A stretch of DNA of 64,000 nucleotides, from contig NC_043010.1 of assembly GCF_006345805.1 (NCBI RefSeq), positions 1,798,001-1,862,000 of the forward strand, in the 5' to 3' direction. Position numbers and translations under genes: made by a program. Shown piece after piece: positions 47,880 through 61,209 of the stretch. The first letter of the stretch is position 1. Each line of letters starts with the position of its first letter. The notes under the pieces are model-generated. The model ran no database searches and was not told the DNA's origin. It was given only the letters and a program-made list of their open reading frames with translations. This stretch comes from Octopus sinensis. Its lineage: Eukaryota.

Positions 47880-48545
47880 GGGAGGTAAGTTGTGAAAGAG
47901 AGAGACCCAGCAAGGCTTGGGGCAAAGTATTGAAGGCTGATCTCAAAATGTTAAACCTTGTGAAGAAAATGACAGAGGACTAATAATACATGTGGCACAT
48001 TACTGTACTCAAACTGACCTGCCCACCACAGCACAACTGATACCCCATAACCGAGGTGTCACGTAAAAAGCACTGGTGTCACATAAAATGTACTGGTGCC
48101 ACATAAAATGCTATTACCACGTAAACAGCACTGGTGGTAGTACTATTTAAAAGCACTCAGTACATTCTGTAAAGGGATTGGCATTATAAAGGGCATCCAG
48201 CTGTAGAGATTGAGTCAAAAAGACAATGGAAACTGTCAAACCATTTAACCGATGCCAGCATAGAAAACTAACATTAAATGAGGTGGCGAGCTGGCAGAAA
48301 TGTTAGCATACCGGGCGAAATGCTTAGCAGTATTTCGTCTGCCACTACGTTCTGAGTTCAAATTCCGCCAAGGTTGATTTTGCCTTTCATCCTTTCGGGG
48401 TCGATTAAATAAGTACCAGTTATACACTGGGGTCGATCTAATCGACTTAATCCATTTGTCTGTCCTTGTTTGTCTCCTCTATGTTTAGCCCCTTGTCAGC
48501 GATAAAGAAATAAGAAAACTAACATTAAATGTTGATAATGATGTG
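47880..48545 (+). mobile_element. 5'-truncated RTE LINE interrupted by SINE B1
   Basis: SCERERPSKAWGKVLKADLKMLNLVKKMTED*, then degenerate cac(a/g)taaaa..cac repeats and aagggcatccagctgtag. Confidence 0.72.
48281..48512 (+). mobile_element. SINE family B1
   Basis: 19-bp TSD agaaaactaacattaaatg at 48262-48280 and 48513-48531. Confidence 0.92.
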
Positions 48546-48899
48546 TGTGTGTGCATGCGTGTGTATATATTCATGCACACACACACATCATCATCATCAT
48601 CATTGTGTTAATGTATACTTTTCTGTGTTCATTCCATGCCATAATGGAACATGGAGAGAATGAGAGGAATATTAATGTCTGATATCAAGTCAGTGTAGAA
48701 TCAGTAAGGCTAAATAGGTGGTGCCAATACAGCAGTGCCAAAACGTCTCATTCCCCCCTCTTTTATCCCCTTTCATATTGAACAACAGTCTTTATAGCCA
48801 CCTGCAACAGCCTTCATACAAGACAGAAACTATACACTCCTCTACAGCCACTTTTGTATAAATCAACAATATACACAAAATTAAACACAGTCCAAACCT

Positions 48900-49265
48900 T
48901 TTGTTTTAGTTACTGGATTATGGCCAGGCTGGGGCACTGTCTTAAAGGAATAATTGCAGTTCAAATCAAAAAAATTGATCCCAGTACTAATTTTTTTTCA
49001 AGTACTTTTTCTATGAGTCTCTTATGCCCAAAATGCTCAGTTATGGAGGACGTAAACAAACCAACGCTGGTCATCAAGTGTTGGTGGAAGAGACACACAC
49101 ACACAAGATTCTACACAGTTTCCATCTGCCAAATTCCAGTCTCAAAGCATTGGTCAGCCCAAGGTTACGGGAGAAGGTATATGGCCAAAGTACTGTGAAG
49201 TGGGACTGAACCCAAAACCACATGGCTGCAAACGAAGCGCCTTAACCACACAGCCATGCTTGCAC
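48900..49265 (-). mobile_element. SINE family A, diverged
   Basis: Degenerate family A modules. Confidence 0.7.
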
Positions 49266-50588
49266 CTATAAAAAAATATAAATTATAAACACATAACTGC
49301 TGATGGTCCACATCAGTAAAAACTATTAAAGAAAATTCAAGTCTTGTGAGTAGACTGAGTAGAAGGAAACTGAAAGAAGCTCATCATATACACATAAAAG
49401 CATCCAGCACACTCTGCAAAGTGGTTGGCAACAGGAAGGGCATCTAGCCGTAGAAACCATGCCAAAGCAGGCTGGAATCTGGTGCAGCCACCCCACTCAG
49501 TTTGCCAGCTCTGGTCACACTGTCTAACCCATGCCAGCATGGACAACAGACAGTAAATGATAATGATAATACATGTGTGTGTGTGTGTGTGTATCTTTGT
49601 GCGTGTTTGTTTCCCATCACTGCTTGACAACCAGTGTTAGTGTGTTTACGCCCCCATAACTTAGTGGTTTGGCAAAAGAGACTGATAAAATAAGCATTAG
49701 GCTTAATAGAAAAATCCTGGGATCAAAATGTTCAACTAAAAAAAAAAAATTTTAAAAACTTCGAGGTGCCCCAGCATGGCCATGGTCAAATGACTGAAAC
49801 AAGTAAAGGACAAAAGACAAGTTTGAACAAGTTTCTTTTTTTTTTCAGAGACAAGAAACTTGACATTTTGCAACTGACTCGCCATCTGAGGGAAAAAAAA
49901 GTTTTTTAAATTTTTTGTCTTAGACAAAGTATTAGTCTTGAAGCATTCAATTCCTCTCCTAATCAAAGCTTCTAAATTTATCAGAGCTTCTAAATTTAAA
50001 ATGATGATAATATAACTAAGACAGATAACTTAGAAAATCTAATAATGAAAAAATATTGATGAAGTGTGGAATGACTAAAGAAAGAAAAGCTAGATTGAAA
50101 ATAGCTTGCTCAAATAAGTGCGGAGAGACAATAAAGAATGCCAATACCAGCAAACTTTCTTCATCTTCAAATGAAGAAATATAAGCTATGTAAATCACAT
50201 ATTCAATATTACAGCCAACCTAATATCTAAGCTGCCTAGACAGAACAAGAAAATAGTAAGATAAGGAATGGAATAGCCAGCCACTGTGAAAAGTAAAGTA
50301 AAAAGTAAAAAATAACAACAACAAAAAAAATAAAGTGAAACAGCTTAACCAAAAACAGAATTTGTCCTCCTATCAATATTTAACAGAAGCACAAAATCAA
50401 CCGATATAAATTGAAAATAAGACAGACATATCAAAAATACATCTAAAATAGTTAATTGTCACAGATCAGACAATTTGAAAAGAGAGACAAACAATTTATA
50501 GGAAATAAACTGTTCAGTGGAAATGGAAAGAAAAGAAGTTCTACTGGGAACTAAATCAGAACAAATATAGACATAAGAGAGACTGAGA

Positions 50589-50590
<2 letters not shown>

Positions 50591-50627
<37 letters not shown>

Positions 50628-51194
50628 CGTCTCTTTGTCAGGAAGAAATTAGAAGATTCTGAATTGAAATATGGGACAAACAAGAAATACAATGGAGAGA
50701 GAGAGAGAGAGAAAGGCCTAAAAGCTCATAAATCATGATATACAATTCACAGTACAACAACAAACACTAGTATCCAAATAAAACCATTAATACAATTAAC
50801 TGGGAAAAGAAAGCAGGAAAACCCCCAGGGACCAGCATGAACTAAAATTTAGGGGTACAAAAATTATTTCTTCATTCTGCATGACTTTTTAGACAAATCA
50901 TTATCATAATCATCGATTGACTCTCTTTTTGCACTCTGGCATGGGTTAGATTTTTTTCATTTTCATCTAGTTTCAGCTCACGAGCCGTGGCCATGCTGGG
51001 GCACCGCAAAGGATTATTAAAGCAATATTCAGTAGCTAGATGCCCTTCTTTGTGCCAAACCTCATTTTTTCAAGCAGGCATTATTAGTCTACTGATTTTC
51101 ATAGATGACAAAACAACCAGGCTACAGCATATAAGGCTTTTCACTGTACTTACTTATTCAGTGACTATAAGAAGACACACACTCATCTCCCTCC

Positions 51195-51228
<34 letters not shown>

Positions 51229-51812
51229 CCCGTCTCTTTGTCAGGAAGAAATTAGAAGATTCTGAATTGAAATATGGGACAAACAAGAAATACAATGGAG
51301 AGAGAGAGAGAGAGAAAGGCCTAAAAGCTCATAATCATGATATACAATTCACAGTACAACAACAACACTAGTATCCAAATAAAACCATTAATACAATTAA
51401 CTGGGAAAAGAAAGCAGGAAAACCCCCAGGGACCAGCATGAACTAAAATTTAGGGGTACAAAAATTATTTCTTCATTCTGCATGACTTTTTAGACAAATC
51501 ATTATCATAATCATCGATTGACTCTCTTTTTGCACTCTGGCATGGGTTAGATTTTTTTCATTTTCATCTAGTTTCAGCTCACGAGCCGTGGCCATGCTGG
51601 GGCACCGCAAAGGATTATTAAAGCAATATTCAGTAGCTAGATGCCCTTCTTTGTGCCAAACCTCATTTTTCAAGCAAGGCATTATTAGTCTACTGATTTT
51701 CATAGATGACAAAACAACCAGGCTACAGCATATAAGGCTTTTCACTGTACTTACTTATTCAGTGACTATAAGAAGACACACACTCATCTCCCTCCCTCTC
51801 TCTCTCTCTCTT
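50591..51812. repeat. Tandem duplication, period ~603 bp, bounded by (CT)n tracts
   Basis: ccccgtctctttgtcagg at 50625 and 51228; the differences I found are homopolymer or (GA)n length changes. Confidence 0.95.
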
Positions 51813-52205
51813 TAACAGCTCCCACAGTCCACCAGTATGGACGTCCATACAGTTTCTGATGAGTTTCACGATCAAGGCATTAGTCAATTTGGGGTTATAG
51901 TAAAAGACATCTGTTCCATAAGGAAGGATGGAAATTGTGTTGTGATGAAATGATTGGATGAAACTGTTTGGCCACTGGTGACTTGGCAAGGCTGACTGGA
52001 TATTGAGCCAATTTGGGCAACAGTACTTTTTAGCACTGGGCGCACACACACACACACATATGCCCATATGCATGTGCAAGTAGAAATATACACTTACAGA
52101 TAGAGAGGGTGAGGAACATAGAAACTTTACAATTTACTAATTGAACATGCTACATAAACACTTTCCCTTTTCCTCATATGCACAAAGTGAAATATACTCT
52201 CACAC

Positions 52206-52245
<40 letters not shown>

Positions 52246-52350
52246 CATTAAAGCATCTGATGTCAAATGAGTCAGCATTGAATCAGTGACACCAAACAGT
52301 TAGTGTCAAAATAGTTATGCCAGAACGTCTCATATCCAGAGCATATAGCT

Positions 52351-52700
52351 GTGAAGGTGCATGGGTCAGTGGTTAGAGCATTGGGCTCACTATCATGAGG
52401 TAATGAGTTCGATTCCTGGACTGGGCTGCATTGTGTTGTGTTCTTGAGCAAGACACTTTATTTCACATTGCTCCAGTTCTTCACTCAGCTGTAGAAATGA
52501 GTTGCAGCATCACTGGTGCCAAACTGTATCAGTCTTTTTCTTTCCCTTGGATAACATCAGTGGTGTGGAGAGTGGAGGCTGGTATGCATGGGCTACTGCT
52601 GGTCTTCCATAAACAACCTTGCCTCGGACTTGTGCCTGGGAGGGTAACTTTCTAGGTGCAATCCCATGGTCATTCATAACCAAAGGGGGTCTTTACCCTT
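52351..52700 (+). mobile_element. SINE family D2 (D head, different tail)
   Basis: gtgaaggtgcatgggtcagtggttag...ttcttgagcaagacactttatttcac; flanking repeat tatag(c/t)tgtgaaggt at 52344 and 52701. Confidence 0.78.
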
Positions 52701-52800
52701 TATAGTTGTGAAGGTCGTTTCTCAACCACACAGCCAGACTTGCACCAATAAATCTTTGAACTCAACAGTAAATGACTGAAAAATCATAAAAATATATCAT

Positions 52801-53190
52801 CATCATTATCGTCATCATTTAACGTCTGGTTTCCATGCTAGCAGGGTCTGGGAAGCCAGGAGGCTGCACCAGGCTCCAGTCTGATCTGGCAGTGTTTCTG
52901 CAGCTGGATGCCCTTCCTAACGCCAACCACTCCTCGAGTGTAGTGGGTGCTTTTTACGTGCCACCAACACAGGGGCCAGAGGAGGCTGGCAATGGCCACA
53001 ATTGGTTGGTGCTTTCTACATGCCACTAGCATGGGAGCCAGCCAAGGTGGCACTGGCATCGGCCACATTCGGATGGTGCCTTTTACGTGCCACCAGCATG
53101 GGAATCACAACTACAATTCCATTTGATCTTTATTTTGATGTTGATGTACTTGACTCAGTAGGTCTCCTCACACACAGCAGGTCATGTGGG
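52801..53190 (-). mobile_element. RTE LINE 3' UTR (family C)
   Basis: 3x gtgctttttacgtgccac-type motif; reverse match to 16385-16790. Confidence 0.82.
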
Positions 53191-53574
53191 TAAAACAGAT
53201 TGGATGGAATAACAGATTATTACATATTGGACAACAACATACAGGGTACTGACCCAAATAATGGAGTGGATTTATCCTTAGTTTACCTGAAAACAAATTT
53301 GCTAACAGAAGAAAAGAAATAGATAAAAGGGAAAGAATGAATTTGTCGTTTCCAAGAGTGAATATTCTTGTCTAGCTCTTTCATTAATTAAGAAGTACAT
53401 TCGTTCATTTATTGTTGCTGGTGTTTTTATGTGGTTAAGCTCACTTCATAATTGGGTGATTCTGGGTTCAATTCCATCTCATGCACGTATCGTGTACTGT
53501 GGCATTGGGTTGATCAATTCATTGTGAGTGGAATTCGGTCAACAGAAATAAAGCAGAAGTCTGTCTGTCTGTCA

Positions 53575-53720
<146 letters not shown>

Positions 53721-53974
53721 TCTCACACACACAGTGAGTGTGTGGTGTGTGTATGCCCTCTGAGGTCAATTTAGTTTTTTATCCTTTTAGAATTGATAAA
53801 CAACTAGTCCAGTACTAGAGTTGATTTTCTCTTTCTCTCGACCAGACTTGGAGAGAGATGGACTTGGCTACTTGTAAAATAAACCCCAAGATATATATGT
53901 AAGATGGTATTCCTAAAACTCCATCAGATGTTGAAAACTCAAGTAAGGAAGCAACAAAGATAATCTTTCATATT

Positions 53975-54360
53975 CTACTTGTTTCAGTCATTAGACTGTG
54001 GCCATGCTGGGGCACCACCTTGAAGAATTTTAGTTAAATAAATCAACCCCAGTACTTAATTTTTTTTTTTTTTAAGCCCGGTACTTATTCTATTGGTTTC
54101 TTTCGCTGAAATGCTAAGGTATAAGGATGTAAACACACCAACACTAGTTGTCAAGTGGTGGTGGCACACATACATACAAGGACACACACAGATATATGTA
54201 TATACAGGGTGGACTTCTTTCAGTTTCCCCTCAACCAAATCCACTCACAAGGCTTTAGTTGGCCAGAGACTATAATAAAAGCCACTTGGCCAAGGTACCA
54301 TAAAGTGAGACTGAACCCAGAAGCATGTTGTTGGGATTCAAACTTCTTACCACATAGCCA
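53975..54360 (-). mobile_element. SINE family A
   Basis: Full set of modules, CpG-decayed. Confidence 0.82.
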
Positions 54361-55592
54361 CATTAGGATCTCTGTGTATGCTGGTATGTGTGTCTGTCTT
54401 TGGGAAGACAGCCTTTCCATGTTCAGCTTCTAAGTTAACTCAGCCATTTATTTCATGAACAGAGATCATTAAAAGAAGTACCAGACTTAAATAGGTACTA
54501 GGATTGAAGCCTTTTCAGTGTGGTACCCTAGCATGGCCACAGCCCAATGCTAGGGTACCACACTCAATAAAAGAATCAACATCATTTAACATTCATGTTC
54601 CATGCTGGGTGAGTTGGACAGTTTGGCAGGATCCAATGAACTTAAGGATTGCATCATGCTCCGTGTTTTCTTTGGCTGGCATAGTGTTTATGGCTGGATG
54701 CCCTTTGTAATGCAAACCACTTTAAAGGGTGTATTAGATGCTTTGTGTGTGTGTGTGTGTGTGCCACCAGCATTAGTGACACCATAATGCAGTTTATAAG
54801 ACTAGGAACGCTGATGGGATAACTTCATGCTAGGAGATGAGGGACAAATTATAGGTAAAAGTATGGGAGAAAAGGTCAAAGCAGAACAGGGGTTTTTGTT
54901 GTGAAGGAGTTACACGACTACCCACATTTCAGAAGAGATGGTAGGAGTAATTGACGAGAGCCAGAGAGCAATGGGGTGAGGAAGGAGAGTAGGAGTGACT
55001 GACAGTACCAAACAGCAGAGAAGTGATGACCAGAGAACAGTAGACCAGAGAATTTAAAATATAAACAGAGGTGTCAAAAGTATGGTTATGCTGGGACACC
55101 ATCTTGAAGTCAAACAAATTAACTCTAGTACTTATGGATTTTTTAAGCCTGGTACTTATTTTATTAGTCATTTAGCTGATCTGCTAAGTTACAAGGACAT
55201 AAACAAACCAGCCCTGCTTGTCAAGCAGTCGCAAGAGACACACACACATGTATATATATAACACAGTTTCCATTGATCAAATTCACTCACAAGGCATTAG
55301 ATGGTCTATAGTAGCAAACACTTGCCCAGGGTGCCACAAAGTGGGACTGAACCTTAAATCATATGGTTGCAAAGTGAACTCCTTAGCCACACATCTATGC
55401 CAATAGAAGTTGTTTTCCTTTCTCTTAACATGTAATTTTAATTAATTAAACCTCTTCGTTTTGTTGTTGCTGCTCATAATGTATATGTGAATCTTTTCCC
55501 TGTTACTTAACTATACGTTTTATATGCAGAAATCCTCTGTAGGTTCTTCATAAATTAGTATCTGTACACATTGCTCAGTATGCATAATGCAT

Positions 55593-55692
<100 letters not shown>

Positions 55693-56544
55693 AAACATAA
55701 ACATGTAATTACATAGTTATATGCTACTGGAACATTGCCAATATTCAACCAAAGCTGATTACAGCAATTTCCTATATGGTATGAAAAGAAAACACACACA
55801 CACATGGCTACACATTAGTATGCACACACACACAAGAAGGAATGAAGGAAGCCTCTAATAGGGTTGCTCAACCTACTAGAAATAGTAGCCAAATCTTCTT
55901 GTCACAACCACATCTAAGAAATAGGTAGATACATTATATAACGTGTTCCCAGATAAACTGTCTGAAAACAACGAGATGGTCATGACTGGATTGTCTTAGG
56001 TCATTCATAAGAATCAGATATGACACAACAATAACAGCAAAAACTAGAAGACAAGATAATTTTGTAGTTCTATACACCAAATCTCTATATTTGATGGTTA
56101 TTACAAATCTCTTTCATGTTTGGAATCTTCTAGTAATCCTGACTTTCAGAATATTCGAATATATAAGATGGTGAGTTGACCCTTCATTAGAGCATTGGCT
56201 AAAATTCTTTGAAATATTTGATCCGTCCCACCATTTCTTTGGTTTGTGAAGGAGATGAACCAATAATATTGAAGAATATATAAAAGCAATGTAGTGGGAT
56301 ACAAGGCTGGTTTGGATGAGAATGTCAAGATGCTGTAAGAGATGAGAGAGGCTTGGAAAAGCACATGTCCAGCAGTGGAGTGCTACACCTTATGAAAAAA
56401 GAAAGAACTGGATCCAGCTTTTCGCTCTTTCATTGAAATATTAACTTTGTCGTTAGAATTTAGAAACTTTGAGAGATGTGAATTGATTAATTTTTAACAG
56501 TGAAACTCAAAGTAGATAATAATAATAATAATAATATAATAATA

Positions 56545-56768
56545 ATAATAATAAACCTTTCTACTGTAAGCACAAGGCTTGAAATATGTTGGGGGGGATG
56601 GTCAATTTCATCAACCCCAGTGTTTCACAAATACTTAATTTATTGACCCTGAAAGGATGAAAAGCATAGTTGACCTCTGTGGAATTTGAACTCAGAATGT
56701 ATAGACAAGTGAAATGCCACTAAGCATTTTGCTTGGTGCACTATTGATTCTGCCAAGTCACTGCCTTC
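56545..56768 (-). mobile_element. SINE family B2 flanked by (AAT)n on both sides
   Basis: (AAT)n-aaacctttctactgtaagcacaaggc...cactgccttc-(AAT)n. Confidence 0.8.
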
Positions 56769-56769
56769 A

Positions 56770-57060
56770 ATAATAATAATAGTAGTAGTAGTAGTAGTAG
56801 TAGTAGTAATAATAATAATAATAACAATAATGTTCATCCAGGTCATCCCATGAGAGAAGAAGGTGGGTCATGCTGTGTCTGTCTGTGGCAGATCAGATCG
56901 ACACATGTTCAGAAGGTTCTGCTGCAGGTTGGACACTGGTAGTATGCTGGGAATTAAGGCAAGGAATTGGCTCTGAACTTGTGCAGTTCACATTTTGTTT
57001 CTGCTCCTGTGATCCTATTCTTCAACAGCTTTCTCAGACAGTTCATAAGGAAGCTGTTTA
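56770..57060 (-). mobile_element. 3' end of an RTE-BovB-type LINE with (TTA/CTA)n tail
   Basis: Minus frame KNRITGAETKCELHKFRANSLP*FPAYYQCPTCSRTF*TCVDLICHRQTQH resembles the CPTCxRxF..RIGLISHxRTH C-terminus. Confidence 0.78.
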
Positions 57061-58154
57061 TAAAGAATAGCATGTAAATATAGGGTTAAAAATCCCTTTG
57101 GATAGAAAATGTCAGGTAATCTTTGACTTTTTTCTAACTAAATGGCATTTTAAGCCAATATTTACATGCTATTTTCCACTGAGGTTGGCTTGGCCTTTCA
57201 TCCTTTCAAGGTTGATAAAATAAGAACCAGTGGAGTATTGGGGTCAATGTAATCAGTTTACTTCCTCCTCCTCCTCTGAACTTGCTGGCTTTGTGCCAAA
57301 ATTTGAAACCAATATTTACATGCTATTTATTGCTTTACCTCCACTGTTAAAAACGATTCGACTTTAGCTTTCATTGCCATTTTGACACTAGCGTAACTAG
57401 GGGAGTGGGTGAGTGATTGGAAGACATGAGGGTGACTCACCCCAGACAATGCATGCAACAGGGTGCCACCTTATGGATCTGCTGTAAAAGCCTGAATAAG
57501 CTTTTTACTGGGAGTGGAGACAATGAATGAAGGAAGCCTCTATAGGGTTGTTCAACCTACTAGAAATAGTAGCCAAATCTTCTTCACAAAGTGGGGGCAA
57601 CTCTAAAGCTGCCCCAGGTAGCACACAATCTATGATATTACCTTTGGGGTTTGATAAAGTACCAGTCTTGAGTGATGGAATGGATTGGAAGAATTGTTAG
57701 AACATTGGATAAGATGTCTTGTATTATCTGTTCCAAGTCTTACTATATTGGAATCAAACTCACTTCCCATCATCTACTTCTTTCTGGCAGGAAACAATTC
57801 TACAAGTACAACAGTTGGCTAATCGAGATAAGTTTTCAGCATCAGATAGAACAACATGTTGACTTGAGCAACCTCTCGGATAGCTCTTGCGCAAGACAGG
57901 AGATATGTTAGACCATAAAAAAAAAGGAAAACTTGGATTTACTTGTTTCACTCATCAAAGGTAGCCATGCTGAGGCAGCACCTTGAAGGGTTTTAGTCAA
58001 AAAAAATCCACCTCCAATACTTGTGGGTTTCTTTTTAAAATACTTATCATAGCAGTCTGTTTTTGTTGAACCACTAACTTATGAGGATATAAACAAACCA
58101 ATACTGGTTGTCGAGCAGTGGTAGGGAACAAACATAAAAACATATATATGTGTG

Positions 58155-58212
<58 letters not shown>

Positions 58213-58312
58213 GTAGGTCCCGGGTTGATTCGGGGTTAACCACAGTAAATAAGGTACTCAATACATAGTAGAGTAAAATTAATTTATTATATTATATATA
58301 TATATACATACA

Positions 58313-58524
58313 TGAGGGGGTGCTGAAAAGTCCCTGGCTTTGGGTAAAATTCAGGAGGATCAGTTAATTATGCTTTTATTCAACATATTCCCTTCTCAGA
58401 CTCACACACTCATTGCAGTGGTCCTTCAGTTTTTCTCAACCCTGTATAAAAGAACTTGAAATATTGGGCCTTCAGTCAGGCCCCTTTTGATACCCTTACA
58501 ACCAGGAAGTTTTCAGCATCCCTT

Positions 58525-58526
<2 letters not shown>
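58313..58526. mobile_element. Mariner-type MITE
   Basis: tgagggggtgctgaaaagtccctgg ... ccaggaagttttcagcatcccttca. Confidence 0.8.
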
Positions 58527-58590
<64 letters not shown>

Positions 58591-58909
58591 GATTCCATAC
58601 AACCTCTGTTTACTAAATTTACTCACAAAGCATTGAGTGACCTGAGGTTCGATTAGAAGGCACTTGCCCAAAAGAGTGCACAGTGGGACTGAACCCAAAA
58701 CCATGTATGGCTAAAACAAGCTTTTAACTGTACACAGCCATGAAATGAAAGCTGATAATGGAAGGATTAGATTGCACATCAATGAAGCAGTGAACTTTGG
58801 ATAATGTTAACCATCTAATCTGGTTGTCTTAGATAACAGCACTTCTGCAGCAGAGAGGTGTGGTTGGTTATATTGATGCGAGAGGGATGACATATTAAGG
58901 TAAAATAAC

Positions 58910-59665
58910 ATGGCTATTACTGTGCCAACTGTGACCATCACAACTGATGTAAGGACTTGTTCTGACATCAGCATCTCCTTCACAAATGATACTTATTCCA
59001 CTATCACTACCACAATGATTTCAACAGCATTAACTTCACCACTCTCATCAAAACATCAACACAAGCAATCCTGTCACCACCACCACGATTACTACTACTA
59101 CTACCATCTAAGCCAGTATTATTACTAGCACTACAACCATTACAACAAGCCATACTGTCACCACCACTAACATTGCCACCACCATCACTTTACGACCACT
59201 GACAACATGACTACCACCACCACCACTACATACTCTTGTCACTACAACCACCACTACGTACCACCAACCACCGCCTGTACAGTTGACTTGTGTTCAGTGA
59301 GACAATGAGTAATAGCTTTATCAATAATTGACTTGACAATTACGGAGGTTTATTAACACACCATTTAAAAATTCCTCACAACACCATGACAACGTCAACA
59401 TCACTGGCATCACAACAACCATCATTGCAGCTATCACAACCATCATCACCACAATCACCACCACCACCACCACTACTACTACTACCACTACCACCACAAC
59501 AGCAACAACCACTACCACCATCACCATCGTCATCACAGCAATGTTGATCAAGTTGTGACATAACCATCATGGCAAGTTAGGAACCGTTAAAACCAACACC
59601 CCCCTCCTCCTGACACACTCTGCCAGCACCACCACCATCATCATCATCATCATCATCATCGTCAC
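58910..59665. repeat. Degenerate (CAC/CAT/TAC/AAC)n trinucleotide region
   Basis: Seen directly. Confidence 0.9.
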
Positions 59666-59799
59666 TACTCTGTGGAATAAAGTGAGAGAGAATGAGAGGG
59701 GGGAGGATAGGGGTTTCTACCTTATCATTTCAGAACAATGCATTTATTGGTCTTAATTAGAAAATTTCATGTCTGTAAAGTTGTACTGGAAGATAATGG

Positions 59800-60400
59800 A
59801 TGGATTGTGAGAATGTATGGATGGGTGTAGGGGCAATGTATGTATGTATAGCTGAACATACATACATGCATACATAATGGTTAGATATATGGAAGGACAT
59901 ATGGATGGGTGGATGGACAGAGAAAAGAGAAAAAGGGGAAGAGGATGATAAAGGGTAGAAAAGCACAGAAGTAAAAATAGATAGATAGATAGGAGGAAAG
60001 ACAGGCAGATGGGTAGATAGACAGAAGGATTGATAAATAGACAAGATGGCTAGATAAATAGGATAGAGGGATAGACAGACAGACAGACATGAATGGACAG
60101 TCAGATAGATAGACAGATGGACAGATAGGATACACAAACAGAATGAGAGATGAATAGATGGACAGATAGACAGATGGGTGGACAGTAGATAGATAGATTG
60201 TAAAAGATGGAAGGATGAATGGTTGAGTGGGTAGTGGAGGTAGTTGTGCAACAGTGGTGCCGGTGGCCATGTTGGCTGTAGTGATTGTGGTTGCTGTTGT
60301 TGTTGTTGTAGTGGAAATAGCACCAGTAAATTGTTGTAATGGCATCAGCAATAATTGCTGTGTGCTGGTGGTGGGAGGAGAGATAGATGGAGATGAAGAG
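59800..60400. repeat. Degenerate (GATA/GACA/GATG)n followed by (GTT/GTG)n
   Basis: Seen directly. Confidence 0.85.
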
Positions 60401-60689
60401 GAATGGAGAGTTGCAGGGAAGAAGGACAAAGAGAAGCTAAAGTAAAAGACAAAAAAAAAAGAAAAAAAAGCAACGAAAATTAAAGTAAGAACTAATGAAA
60501 AGAAAGGAAAGGAGGAAGGAAGGGGGGAGAGAGAGAGGAAGGAGAGAATGAAGAAGATGGATGGCTTTAAAATTTCAAATTGATGATAGATGAGAACACT
60601 TGAGAATTGAAAAACTCACTGACTTGCTTACCAAGAAATTTTTAGGTGCAAAAAATTTGATAACAATGATGAGGTATGTTTAACCCTGA

Positions 60690-60720
<31 letters not shown>

Positions 60721-61209
60721 TTTTTGTATTTTATTATATATACAGATATACATACAAATGTGTATGTATGCTTATACATGCATTCAATAGTATATTTATA
60801 TGTATATACAGATATACAAATGCATATATGTATATAAATGTGTATATGTGTGATTATATGTATATATATATATTGAGAGACAGACAGATATGCAAAAATA
60901 TTAGTGAGAGTATACAATGTGTATAGATATGTTTGTGTGTGTGTATATATATATATTTATATATATGCATATATATATATATTTATATATATGCATATAT
61001 ATGTATATATTTGTATATGCATATATATGTATATATATGTATATATGTTCGTATATGCAAATGTGTATCTTTTGCTGTTTTAGAAGTTTTTATTATCTTC
61101 TTTAATTTATTTCCTCTTTTTCATTCATTCATTCATTCTTTCTTTCCTTTTTCTTCATTTGTATTTATTTTATAGTTTTTATTTATTTAGACTTCACTTG
61201 ATTTTTACC

